29,850 nt of DNA, taken from positions 1 to 29,850 of IMG/VR virus record IMGVR_UViG_3300049170_000061, one strand, 5' to 3'. The first letter of the stretch is position 1, and each line of letters starts with the position of its first letter. This document shows positions 16,898-25,572 of the stretch, in pieces. Origin of the DNA: a virus. Taxonomy: Duplodnaviria; Caudoviricetes. The notes below the pieces were generated by a model. It saw only the letters and a list, made by a program, of their open reading frames with translations, made no database searches and was not told the DNA's origin. The translations under genes and the position numbers were made by a program.

Positions 16898-16942
16898 CCG
16901 CACCGCGGCGGGACCCCACGCGGACGCCACCAGGCAGGTGGC
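16898..16942 (+). ncRNA. Putative cis-regulatory RNA (H-type pseudoknot plus hairpin), copy B, 5' of the major tail gene
   Basis: CCGC-A-CCGCG-GCGG-GACCCCA-CGCGG-AC-GCCACC-AGGCA-GGTGGC; covaries with copy A. Confidence 0.7.
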
Positions 16943-17004
16943 CGCCACACACACGTGTAGCAGGGGCCCCACCGCTTGGCCCCTACCGCTGAGGGGCCAT
17001 ACGC

Positions 17005-17475
17005 ATGAGGTTCAACCGCAAGGGCACCACGAAGATCTGCTTCCTGCCGACGATCGCCTCGACCTCCCTGATCCCGACCGCTGCGGAGATCACCGCGGGC
17101 ACGGACTGGACGGAGCACATCCACTCCATCGACGGCTGGAACATCGAGAACCAGGCCATCGATACCCCGGACATGGCGTCCACGTTCGTCAGCAAGATCG
17201 ACGGCGACGACACTGCCGCCGACTCCAGCCTGGGCTTTTACGAGGACAGCATCACCGACGACGTCGAGACCGACCTCGCCAAGGGCACCACGGGTTATGT
17301 CGTGATCTTCTCCAAGGGCAAGACGTCCGCCGCGAAGGGCATGGACGTCTTCCCCACCAAGGTCGCCTCCAATTCCAAGACCTACTCCACGGACAACGAG
17401 GCCGCGAAGATCAACGTGCAGTTCGTCATCACGGACCGGCCTGCCCTCAACCAGACCGTCCCGACGCTGACGTAA
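17005..17475 (+). CDS. Major tail (tube) protein
   Basis: 156 aa; PTIA....PTAAEITAGTDWT, IDTPDMASTFVSKIDG and DVFPTKV motifs; precedes the chaperones and tape measure. Confidence 0.85.
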   Translation: MRFNRKGTTKICFLPTIASTSLIPTAAEITAGTDWTEHIHSIDGWNIENQAIDTPDMASTFVSKIDGDDTAADSSLGFYEDSITDDVETDLAKGTTGYVVIFSKGKTSAAKGMDVFPTKVASNSKTYSTDNEAAKINVQFVITDRPALNQTVPTLT

Positions 17476-17506
17476 CGCCCCGCCCGGCCGCACCACCCCA
17501 CCAGCC

Positions 17507-17559
17507 CCCGGCCGGGCCCGTGGCGTACACGGGAAGGGCGCCACGTGCGCCCGGCCGGG
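17507..17559 (+). terminator. Long stem-loop after the major tail gene
   Basis: CCCGGCCGGGC (17507-17517) pairs with GCCCGGCCGGG (17549-17559), with inner stem CGTGGCG / CGCCACG; followed by CCTTCCCCCTT. Confidence 0.65.
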
Positions 17560-17581
17560 CCTTCCCCCTTCGGAGACCCGC

Positions 17582-18112
17582 ATGACCAGCACCAGCAGTT
17601 GGGCCGACAAGCAAAAGCGCCTGGACAAGCGCGGCAAGGCCACCTCCACGCTGACCATGTACGACGACCCCAACGTCCGGGAGCGCTACCTGGCGGCCCA
17701 GCAGGCGGCGGAGCAGGCCGAGGCGTACCTGGCCCACCTGTCCAAGGACGCAGACCCCGAGGCCCGCGCCCTGGTGGTGCAGCAGGTCGCCGACGCACGC
17801 GCCGCACTCCAGGCGGCCACCGAGGACAAGGAAGCCCACACCGTCGTCCTCTCGTTCCAGGCCCTGGGGCGGGAGCGCCTCGAGGAGCTGGTCGCCGAGC
17901 ACCCGGCCAACGAGGAAGACGAAGCAGCAGGCCGCGACTTCCACTTCGAGACCTTCGCACCCGTGCTCATCTCCGAAGCATCCGTGGACGGCATGCCGCT
18001 GGAGTACGCCGCCAACGCCATGAAGACGTGGTCGCTGGCCGACTCCGACGACCTCTGGGCGGCGGCATGGACGGTGCAGCGCCGCAAGCGGACCGACCTG
18101 GGAAAAGGCTGA
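17582..18112 (+). CDS. Tail assembly chaperone (lambda gpG-like)
   Basis: Lies between the major tail and tape measure genes; ends in the slippery sequence CTG GGA AAA GGC TGA. Confidence 0.85.
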   Translation: MTSTSSWADKQKRLDKRGKATSTLTMYDDPNVRERYLAAQQAAEQAEAYLAHLSKDADPEARALVVQQVADARAALQAATEDKEAHTVVLSFQALGRERLEELVAEHPANEEDEAAGRDFHFETFAPVLISEASVDGMPLEYAANAMKTWSLADSDDLWAAAWTVQRRKRTDLGKG

Positions 18113-18480
18113 TCGACGATGCCGTCTTCCGAGCCGAGATGGAGCTGTGCCACGCCTGGGGCATCCCGCACAGCCGCTTCAAGGGCCACGGCGACGGCAC
18201 CTGGTCCGACCTGGACCGCCGCAAAGCCCTCGCCTACGCCGACTACATCCGCCAGGTGTGCCCCGGGTGCGGCACCCGCCCCGCGGAGTGGGACGAAGCC
18301 ATCGGCGGCGACGAAGACGCCTACCGGGCCATCACCCACCGCTGCGTCGGCTGCCAGCTCATCGCCGACAAGCAGAAAACGGTCCCCGAAGGCGACGAAG
18401 CCCACGGAGTGAAAGTCCTCCTCATCCCCACCAGCGTCCACGCCGCCCTGCAACTCCAGCGCCAACACCGCCGCGACTAG
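18100..18480 (+). CDS. Tail assembly chaperone -1 frameshift extension (gpGT-like; full product 17582-18480)
   Basis: G GGA AAA heptamer at 18100-18106; the -1 frame is open to 18480 (GKRLIDDAVFRAEMELC...) and contains CPGC and CVGC. Confidence 0.8.
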   Translation, partial: GKRLIDDAVFRAEMELCHAWGIPHSRFKGHGDGTWSDLDRRKALAYADYIRQVCPGCGTRPAEWDEAIGGDEDAYRAITHRCVGCQLIADKQKTVPEGDEAHGVKVLLIPTSVHAALQLQRQHRRD

Positions 18481-18498
18481 CCCAGGAAGGAGCCCACC

Positions 18499-21400
18499 GT
18501 GTCGGAATGGAACCTCAGCGTCCGGCTGACCGGGCAGGGCACCAGCCTGCGGACCATGCTGCGCGGCGTGTCCGGCGACGCCAGAACCGCCTCCCGCGAC
18601 GTCAACCAGCTCCGCGACGACATCCACCGCCTGCGCCTGGAGGCCCGCTCTCCGATCAAGGTCCGCGTGAGCGTGGACGCCGACCGCCTCCGCGACGACG
18701 TCCGCGCCGCGCTGCGCACGGCCGGCGGCGAAGACCTCACCGTGGGCCTGCGCCTGTCCGACACCATGCAGCTGCGGCGCGAGGTCGCGGCCGCGGTCCG
18801 CTGGGCCGGGTGGGGCCACCGCATCGAGATCCCCCTCGTGCTCGCCGACCGCATGCAGCTGCGCCGCGACGTGTCCGACGCGGTCCGGTGGGCGTCGACA
18901 GGGCAGACCATCCGGGTCCGCGTCACCCCCGACACCAGCGCCCTGACCGGCCTCACCCGCACCCTCGGAGCAGGCGGCGGAGGCGGCGGGGGCGCGGGAA
19001 TGGGCCTCCAGGGCCTGCTCATGCTCGCCCCGGCCGCCATCCCCCTCCTGGCCGGGCTGAGCTCCACCGTTGCGCCGCTCGCAGGCCAGTTCGCCCTCGC
19101 CGGTGCCGCGGCCGGAGTCTTCACCGTCGCGCTGGCCGGGCAGATCGACGCCCTGTCCGAGGTCGCCGACGCGGAGAAGAAGTACCAGGAAGCCGTCCGC
19201 GAGCACGGCAAAGCCTCCGCCGAAGCCATCACCGCGCAGATCAAGTACCAGCAGCAACTGACCGAACTGCCCCCGGATGCGCAGAAGGCCGCCATCGCCC
19301 TGTCCCAGCTGAAAACCACGTTCAGCGACTGGTCGGACGACATGTCCGGCTTCACGATGCAGCCCCTCACCAAGGGCATCACCATCCTGGACACGCTGAT
19401 CCCGCACCTGACCCCGCAGGTGGAGGCGTTCTCCGGGCACATGGACCGGCTGATGAACGTGGCCGGCGGCGCCATCTCCACCCCAGGCTTCGACGCCTTC
19501 AGCGAGCGGGTCGCGGACCTCACCGACGCGCAGCTCGACTCTTTCACCGATCAGCTCATCCACCTGCTGCGCATCGTCTCCGAAGGCGACGCGGACAGCG
19601 GGGCGATCGGCCAGATCCTCGACTACATGCGGGAGAACGGCCCCGCAGCCCGCGAGGCTGTCGACGCGCTCGGCGACGCCATCGGCACCCTCGCCGAAGG
19701 TGCCGCGGACGCCGGCCCGACCATGCTCACCATCGTCACCGCAGCCGCCCGCCTGGTGGCCGCACTGCCGCCCGAGCTGGTGACGATCGTCATTCAGCTC
19801 GCGACTGCGCTGAAGCTGCTGCAGCTGGCCGGGGTCGGGATCGCCGCCACCGCGGTCGCCGCCACCCGCGTGCGCACCGCGATTGCCGGTCTGGCCGCCG
19901 TCTCCGCCGCGGCCGGTGGTGGCCTCGCCGGTCTGGCGGCAGCGTTCGCGACGCTCGGGGTTGCCGCCCGCGCCTCCATCATCGTGGCCGGGATCGCCGC
20001 CATCGCGATCGTCCTCAAGGAGCTCTCCGACATCGGCAAGCAGGCCCCGCCGGACGTCGACAAGCTCACCGGCTCGCTGGCCAAACTGGGCCAGACCGGG
20101 AAGGTGTCGGGGGAGGCGGCGCGCGCCTTCGGCAGCGACTTCGCAGGACTCGCGGAGAGCCTGCGCACCCTGTCCCGCCCCTCCAACCTCGACAAAACGC
20201 AGCAGTTCCTGACCTCGATGGTGGGGATGGACTCCACCCCCGTCAAGGAGGCCAAGCAGGATCTCAACGCGCTCGATGAAGCCCTCGCCAACCTCGTCAA
20301 GGGCGGCAAGGGCGACCTCGCCGCGGCCGCGTTCGAGCGGATCGCCGACGCCATGCGCAAGCAGGGCATGAGCGAGAAGGAACTCCGCAGCCAACTCGGC
20401 GACTACAAGTCCGCCCTCGCAGACGTGAAGTTCGAGCAGGAACTCGCCGCGCAGTCCATGGGCCTGTTCGGGCAGGCCGCCCTCGAAACCCAGGCCAAGC
20501 TCGACGCGCAGAAAGCATCCGCGGACGGCCTCCGCCAGTCGATCCTCGCTTTGAACGAGGTCAACCGGGCCGCCGGCTCCGCCATGAGCGCCTTCGAGCA
20601 GGCCATCGACGACGCCACAGCCGCCGCCCAGAACCATTCGGGCGCCCTGCGCATGACCAACGGCGACCTCGACCTCGGCTCGCAGAGCGCACGCGACGCG
20701 GAAAAGGTGCTGTCCGACCTCGCCGCAGACACCGACGCCGCCGCGACCGCCGCCCGCGAGCAGGGCCGCTCCTGGGAGTACGTGCAGGGCATCATGTCCC
20801 GCGGCCAGCAGACCTTCGTCGACACCGCCGTGAAGATGGGCCTGACCAAGACGCAGGCTCAGGCCCTCGCCCAGTCCTACCTCGACATCCCCGACAGCAA
20901 GGCCACCACGGTGGAGATGCAGGCCGAGGACGCCACCCGCGACCTCGAAGCCTTCAACGAAGCCGTCCGCAACTCCCCAGGATCCAAGTCCGTCACGCTG
21001 ACCACCCTGTCCGCGGCCGCGGAACGCATCCTCGAGGCCTTCGGCTACAAGGTCACCCGCCTGCCCGACGGCTCCGTCACCGTCTCCGCAAGCACCGGAG
21101 CGGCCCTGGCCGGCGTCCAGAACGTGGCGGGCGCAGTAGCCGCCCTCAAGGACAAGACGATCTACCTGACGACCGTCAAGCACACGGTCTTCACCACCAC
21201 CGGCACCCCCGGCAAGGTCGACCCAGTCCACCGGGACTACGCCGACGGCGGCGTGGTCGACTACTACGCCAACGGCGGCATTCAGCGCGGCGGCGTACGC
21301 CGCTTCGCGGGCGGGGCCGAGAACCACGTGGCGCAGATCGCCCCCGCCGGATCGTGGCGCGTATGGGGCGAGCCGGAGACCGGCGGCGAGGGCTACGTCC

Positions 21401-22638
21401 CGTTCGCGATGTCCAAGCGCCCCCGCTCGCGTGCCATCACCGAGGAGATCGTGCGCCGTCTTGGAGGCGACCCGGCCGGCATCCAGTGGAACGCGCAGGG
21501 CAACGTCACCGACTGGACGTATGACCCGCAGACCGGGTCCCTGTACTCCTCCAGCCAGATCGGCTCCGCGGGCAACAAGACCCGCAAGGTCAAGGTCAAG
21601 GGCAAGGACGGCAAGGTCACCATCAAGGAGATCGAGTACTTCGATCTCGGGGCGGTCGAGAAGAAGCTGAAGTCCGCGTCCAAGGCCACCCTCGCCTGGA
21701 ACAAGGACCTGGAGAAGGTCGCCGACCGGGTCGGTGGAGACGTCGCCGAGGCCCTTGCCGCGATGGGCGAGGAGGGCATGAAGCTCGCCGACAAGATGGC
21801 CAATGGCTCCACCAAGTACATCAACGAGATGGCCGCCGCCCTGCGAAATCTCCAGAAGACGGCCAAGGCCTCGCTGACGGACTACACGCGGCAGCTCACC
21901 AGCGCCAACAAGGTCAACAAGGACTTTGCGGCCGACCTGGCTGTCCTCGCCGGGATGGGTTACGAGGACCTCGCCGCGCAGCTCGCTGCCCAGGGCGATG
22001 AGGCAGCGCAGCAGCTCGCCGACTCCGCCGCCAAGGACCCGAAGAAGGCGAAGAAGGCCGACGCGGCCGCGAAGAACGCCAACAACGCCCTCACCGGGGA
22101 CCAGATCGCCGACCTCATCCAGATCATCGCCGCGATCAGCAACAGCAAGGTCGGCATCCATGACGTGGCCGCGAAGACCGGTATCGGCGAGGACGTCATC
22201 ATCGAGATCGCCAACAAGGCCAAGGGTGAGATCCACAAGGCGCTCGGCAGCAAGGCCAGCCGGTTCTTCTCCGATCTGAAGAAGGCCAACAGCTACCAGG
22301 CGTACGCCGACGGCGGCATCCGTGCCGGCATGTACGCCACCAGCAACGGCATCATCCGCTTCGCCGAGCCCTCCACCCACGGCGAGGCCTACCTGCCGCT
22401 GTCCCCGACCAAGCGGCGCAGCGCGCTGCCGGTCCTCGCGGACGTCGCGCGACGCTTCGGCGTGGGCCTCACCGATGTCCAGGCCGGGCGCTCCGTGGTC
22501 ATCGTCCGCTCCGGCGACACCATCAACGTCCCCGTCACCCCTGTACGCACCGGGGCGACCGCGTCCGACATCGGCGCCCAGGTCGGCCGCAGCGTCCGCC
22601 GGGCCCGCAGGGGAGGGGTGGCCGCCCGTGCCTATTGA
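18499..22638 (+). CDS. Tape measure protein
   Basis: 1379 aa, Ala-rich and helical with hydrophobic segments; SD AAGGAG; follows the frameshifted chaperones. Confidence 0.93.
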   Translation: MSEWNLSVRLTGQGTSLRTMLRGVSGDARTASRDVNQLRDDIHRLRLEARSPIKVRVSVDADRLRDDVRAALRTAGGEDLTVGLRLSDTMQLRREVAAAVRWAGWGHRIEIPLVLADRMQLRRDVSDAVRWASTGQTIRVRVTPDTSALTGLTRTLGAGGGGGGGAGMGLQGLLMLAPAAIPLLAGLSSTVAPLAGQFALAGAAAGVFTVALAGQIDALSEVADAEKKYQEAVREHGKASAEAITAQIKYQQQLTELPPDAQKAAIALSQLKTTFSDWSDDMSGFTMQPLTKGITILDTLIPHLTPQVEAFSGHMDRLMNVAGGAISTPGFDAFSERVADLTDAQLDSFTDQLIHLLRIVSEGDADSGAIGQILDYMRENGPAAREAVDALGDAIGTLAEGAADAGPTMLTIVTAAARLVAALPPELVTIVIQLATALKLLQLAGVGIAATAVAATRVRTAIAGLAAVSAAAGGGLAGLAAAFATLGVAARASIIVAGIAAIAIVLKELSDIGKQAPPDVDKLTGSLAKLGQTGKVSGEAARAFGSDFAGLAESLRTLSRPSNLDKTQQFLTSMVGMDSTPVKEAKQDLNALDEALANLVKGGKGDLAAAAFERIADAMRKQGMSEKELRSQLGDYKSALADVKFEQELAAQSMGLFGQAALETQAKLDAQKASADGLRQSILALNEVNRAAGSAMSAFEQAIDDATAAAQNHSGALRMTNGDLDLGSQSARDAEKVLSDLAADTDAAATAAREQGRSWEYVQGIMSRGQQTFVDTAVKMGLTKTQAQALAQSYLDIPDSKATTVEMQAEDATRDLEAFNEAVRNSPGSKSVTLTTLSAAAERILEAFGYKVTRLPDGSVTVSASTGAALAGVQNVAGAVAALKDKTIYLTTVKHTVFTTTGTPGKVDPVHRDYADGGVVDYYANGGIQRGGVRRFAGGAENHVAQIAPAGSWRVWGEPETGGEGYVPFAMSKRPRSRAITEEIVRRLGGDPAGIQWNAQGNVTDWTYDPQTGSLYSSSQIGSAGNKTRKVKVKGKDGKVTIKEIEYFDLGAVEKKLKSASKATLAWNKDLEKVADRVGGDVAEALAAMGEEGMKLADKMANGSTKYINEMAAALRNLQKTAKASLTDYTRQLTSANKVNKDFAADLAVLAGMGYEDLAAQLAAQGDEAAQQLADSAAKDPKKAKKADAAAKNANNALTGDQIADLIQIIAAISNSKVGIHDVAAKTGIGEDVIIEIANKAKGEIHKALGSKASRFFSDLKKANSYQAYADGGIRAGMYATSNGIIRFAEPSTHGEAYLPLSPTKRRSALPVLADVARRFGVGLTDVQAGRSVVIVRSGDTINVPVTPVRTGATASDIGAQVGRSVRRARRGGVAARAY

Positions 22639-23527
22639 ACTCACGGACTGGCAGTACGACGTGGGCGGCGTCCTCATCGGAGCCGACACCCCGGTGAACG
22701 TCATCGAGACCACCGGGCTCGGCCGGCCACCGGTACGCGACTCCGACGTCGACCAGCCGTCCATGGACGGCCAGTTCGCCGGCCCCGACTACTGGGCAGG
22801 CCGGCAAATCCAGTTCGATGCCGCGATCAAGATTCCCGGGGACCCGGCCGGCTGTCACGACATGGTCGCCCAGCTGCAGGCCGCCACCAACGCCTCATCG
22901 GTGCGGCTGGTGGGCGGGCAGGGCATGACCCTGCGGATCAAGCGGCCCGGCCGGGTGGTCAAGCGCCTAACCGTCCGCGCCCGCCGCGTCGACCCGGAGT
23001 ACAAGCAGGTCATCCACGGATACGTGCCCCTAGACCTGGAGTTCCTCGCCCACGACCCCACCTTCTACGCGGACGAGGAAACCACCACCGAACTCCCGCT
23101 CGGCTGGCTGACAGGCGGAGGTTTCGCCGCCCCCGTCACCGCCCCCATCTACGTGCAGGACGGCACGGTGGCAGCGGACCGGCCCGGCTGGGTCCACAAC
23201 GCCGGCGACGCCCCTGCCTGGCCGATCATCCGCATCACCGGTCCCTGCGCCAACGTGACCATCACCAACGCCGCCACCGGCCGCACCCTCTCCCTGCCCA
23301 CCCTGAACCTCACGGCCGGGCAGTGGGTGCAGATCGACACCCGCCCCGGATACCGCACCGTCCTGCGGGAGAACGGCGGCAACGCCTCCACCACCCTGTC
23401 CCCGGCCTCCCGCATCGACCTGTTCTCCCTGCCACCCGGCACCTCCGAAATGCGGTGGACCGCCTTCGACAACACGCTCACCTCCCGCCTGCGCGTCACC
23501 TGGCGCGATGCCTACATCGCTCTCTGA
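22628..23527 (+). CDS. Distal tail protein (Dit-like)
   Basis: GTG 22628 with SD GGAGG; LAHDPTFY, NAGDAPAWPIIRITGP..N and LPPGTSE..W motifs; first gene after the tape measure. Confidence 0.8.
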   Translation: MPIELTDWQYDVGGVLIGADTPVNVIETTGLGRPPVRDSDVDQPSMDGQFAGPDYWAGRQIQFDAAIKIPGDPAGCHDMVAQLQAATNASSVRLVGGQGMTLRIKRPGRVVKRLTVRARRVDPEYKQVIHGYVPLDLEFLAHDPTFYADEETTTELPLGWLTGGGFAAPVTAPIYVQDGTVAADRPGWVHNAGDAPAWPIIRITGPCANVTITNAATGRTLSLPTLNLTAGQWVQIDTRPGYRTVLRENGGNASTTLSPASRIDLFSLPPGTSEMRWTAFDNTLTSRLRVTWRDAYIAL

Positions 23528-23536
23528 GGAGCCCCG

Positions 23537-24472
23537 ATGGCCTTGTTCGCCCGTCCCATCCTGACCAACGGGGCCACCCATCCCGCGCAGCAATTCCGCA
23601 TGCTGGTCCGCGACCTGGCCCGCGGCGCCGAGGGCATCACCCAGGGCGACGACCTGAAGGTCACTCAGCGGTCCACGCCCGGCGGAGGCGTGTCCATCAG
23701 TGACGGCAGCGCCGTCATCCGCGGCCGCGCCAACACCTTCCAGGGCTCCTACAGCGCCTGCAACATCGGCACCGCCGACCAGCCGATCGCCGCCACCGGC
23801 GGCACCGGCCGGTCCGACATGCTCATCCTGCGCATCGAGGACCCCGAGTACGAGGGCACCCTCAACCCGGCCACCGACCAGATCGCCTACTTCCAGATCA
23901 TCCCCAACGTGTCCGCGTCCGCCACCGCCATCCCCGACAGCCGCACCGGCATCCCCCTGGCCCGGATCGACATCCCCGCCTCCACGTCCACGATCACCAA
24001 CGCGATGATCACCGACCTGCGGAAGGTCGCCAACCCGCGCCGGGACCGCCGCCTCTACACCCAGTCACCCACCAGCGACAGCGCCCTGATCGGCGCCTCC
24101 ACCACCTACAGCTACTTCTCCACCGCCTCCGGCTGGAACATCGCCGTACCCGACTGGGCCACCACCGTCCGCCTCCGCGTCGACGTCTGCCCCATCCGCT
24201 ACAGCGTCGCCGACTTCTTCGGCGCCCTGCGGGCCACCTTCGGCGCCTCCCTCACCCTCCAGGCCACCTCCCTGGACGACAACCAGGGAGCAGGTGTCCG
24301 CAAGATCCCCGGGATCTGCGCCGACACCCTGACCGTGCCCGCCTCCTACCGCGGCACCACCCAGCTCCTGCGCGCGCAGGCCAACGGCGCGTCCGGGAAC
24401 GCCGGCCGGATCAACGTCACCGCCTCCACCACCTTCATCGCGGACGTGGAGTTCGAGGAGGCGCCGCGGTGA
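23537..24472 (+). CDS. Minor tail / baseplate protein
   Basis: RSDMLILRIEDPEY and IPLARIDIPASTSTITNAMITDLR motifs of actinophage minor tail proteins. Confidence 0.75.
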   Translation: MALFARPILTNGATHPAQQFRMLVRDLARGAEGITQGDDLKVTQRSTPGGGVSISDGSAVIRGRANTFQGSYSACNIGTADQPIAATGGTGRSDMLILRIEDPEYEGTLNPATDQIAYFQIIPNVSASATAIPDSRTGIPLARIDIPASTSTITNAMITDLRKVANPRRDRRLYTQSPTSDSALIGASTTYSYFSTASGWNIAVPDWATTVRLRVDVCPIRYSVADFFGALRATFGASLTLQATSLDDNQGAGVRKIPGICADTLTVPASYRGTTQLLRAQANGASGNAGRINVTASTTFIADVEFEEAPR

Positions 24473-25572
24473 CGACGCCTGTTCCGGACCGGGTGCTGGT
24501 GCAGCACGCCCTGACAGGGGCGTGGCTGTCGACCGCGCTGCCGGTCACGGACCTGGAGTACGGGCCGGAACTGTCCGGGCCGGGTGAGCTGCGCGGCAGG
24601 CTCTCCCCGCGCCTGGTGGCGCAGCACCCCACCCTCGCCGACCCCGGCAACACGATGATCTACGTGGAGTCCGGTGGCCAGATCGAATGGGGCGGCCTGG
24701 TGTGGGACGTCCGCTCCCAGGGCGACACCTACAGCCTGGAAGGTGCCTCCTGGTCGTCGTACCTGATGAAGCGCTATGACCTGGACGGGGAGCACGGCGA
24801 CCGCGGCCCCTACACCTACGCCGACCGGTGCCAGGTCATCCGCAACATCTGGGCCTACGCCCAGTCCGTCCCCGACGGCGACATCGGCGTCACCGTGGAC
24901 GCCACCACCTCCACCAGCAAGATCGGCACCCCGGCCGAGCCGCACCACTCCCGCTGGTACGACTTCACCTCCCTCGGCGACCAGGTCGACGCCCTCGTCT
25001 CCGACCAGGGAACCCCCGAATACACGTGCGTCACCGAGTGGAACAGCTCCAAGACGGCCATCGTGAAACGCATCCAGCTCGGATGGCCGCGCCTTGGCAC
25101 CCGCCGCACCGACATCGAATTCTCCTCCGGCGTCAACATCATCGAAGAGCCCGAAGAGACCCTGTCCGGCGACGAATACGCCCAGGTCGTCATCGGCACG
25201 GGCGCCGGCGACGGCTCCGCCAAGCTGAAGCAGATCAGCGCGGTCCGTAACGGCCGCCTGCGCCTCGAGGCCGTCGCCGCCTTCCCCGAGGTGAACGGCA
25301 ACGACACGCTCAAGCAGCGCGTGGAGTGGGAACGCGCCTGGCGGCAGACCCTGGGCGCCGTCGAGCGGGTCACCATCCGCGACACCCCCGCCGCCCCCTT
25401 CGGGGCCTGGCAGGTCGGGGACGACGTGTACGTCCGCATCCACAACGCCTGGACGTCCTACACCGGCTGGTGCCGGGTCACCGGCTGGACCATCCAGCCC
25501 ACCGCCCGCGGCGGCCCCCGCGCCACCGTGTCGCTGAAGCCCTCCGCCATGTACTCCTACGGAGGCCAGTGA
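24469..25572 (+). CDS. Minor tail protein (baseplate hub / Tal-like)
   Basis: GTGA coupling; ELSGPG.L, IEWGGLVW, GTGAGDG and WQVGDDVYVRI motifs. Confidence 0.75.
   Translation: MTTPVPDRVLVQHALTGAWLSTALPVTDLEYGPELSGPGELRGRLSPRLVAQHPTLADPGNTMIYVESGGQIEWGGLVWDVRSQGDTYSLEGASWSSYLMKRYDLDGEHGDRGPYTYADRCQVIRNIWAYAQSVPDGDIGVTVDATTSTSKIGTPAEPHHSRWYDFTSLGDQVDALVSDQGTPEYTCVTEWNSSKTAIVKRIQLGWPRLGTRRTDIEFSSGVNIIEEPEETLSGDEYAQVVIGTGAGDGSAKLKQISAVRNGRLRLEAVAAFPEVNGNDTLKQRVEWERAWRQTLGAVERVTIRDTPAAPFGAWQVGDDVYVRIHNAWTSYTGWCRVTGWTIQPTARGGPRATVSLKPSAMYSYGGQ

Noticed and set aside
17686-22764. 1692-aa minus-strand ORF and other long antisense or alternate-frame ORFs
   Set aside because: These are shadow ORFs expected opposite high-GC3 genes; they have no motifs or RBS and conflict with the clear + strand genes.
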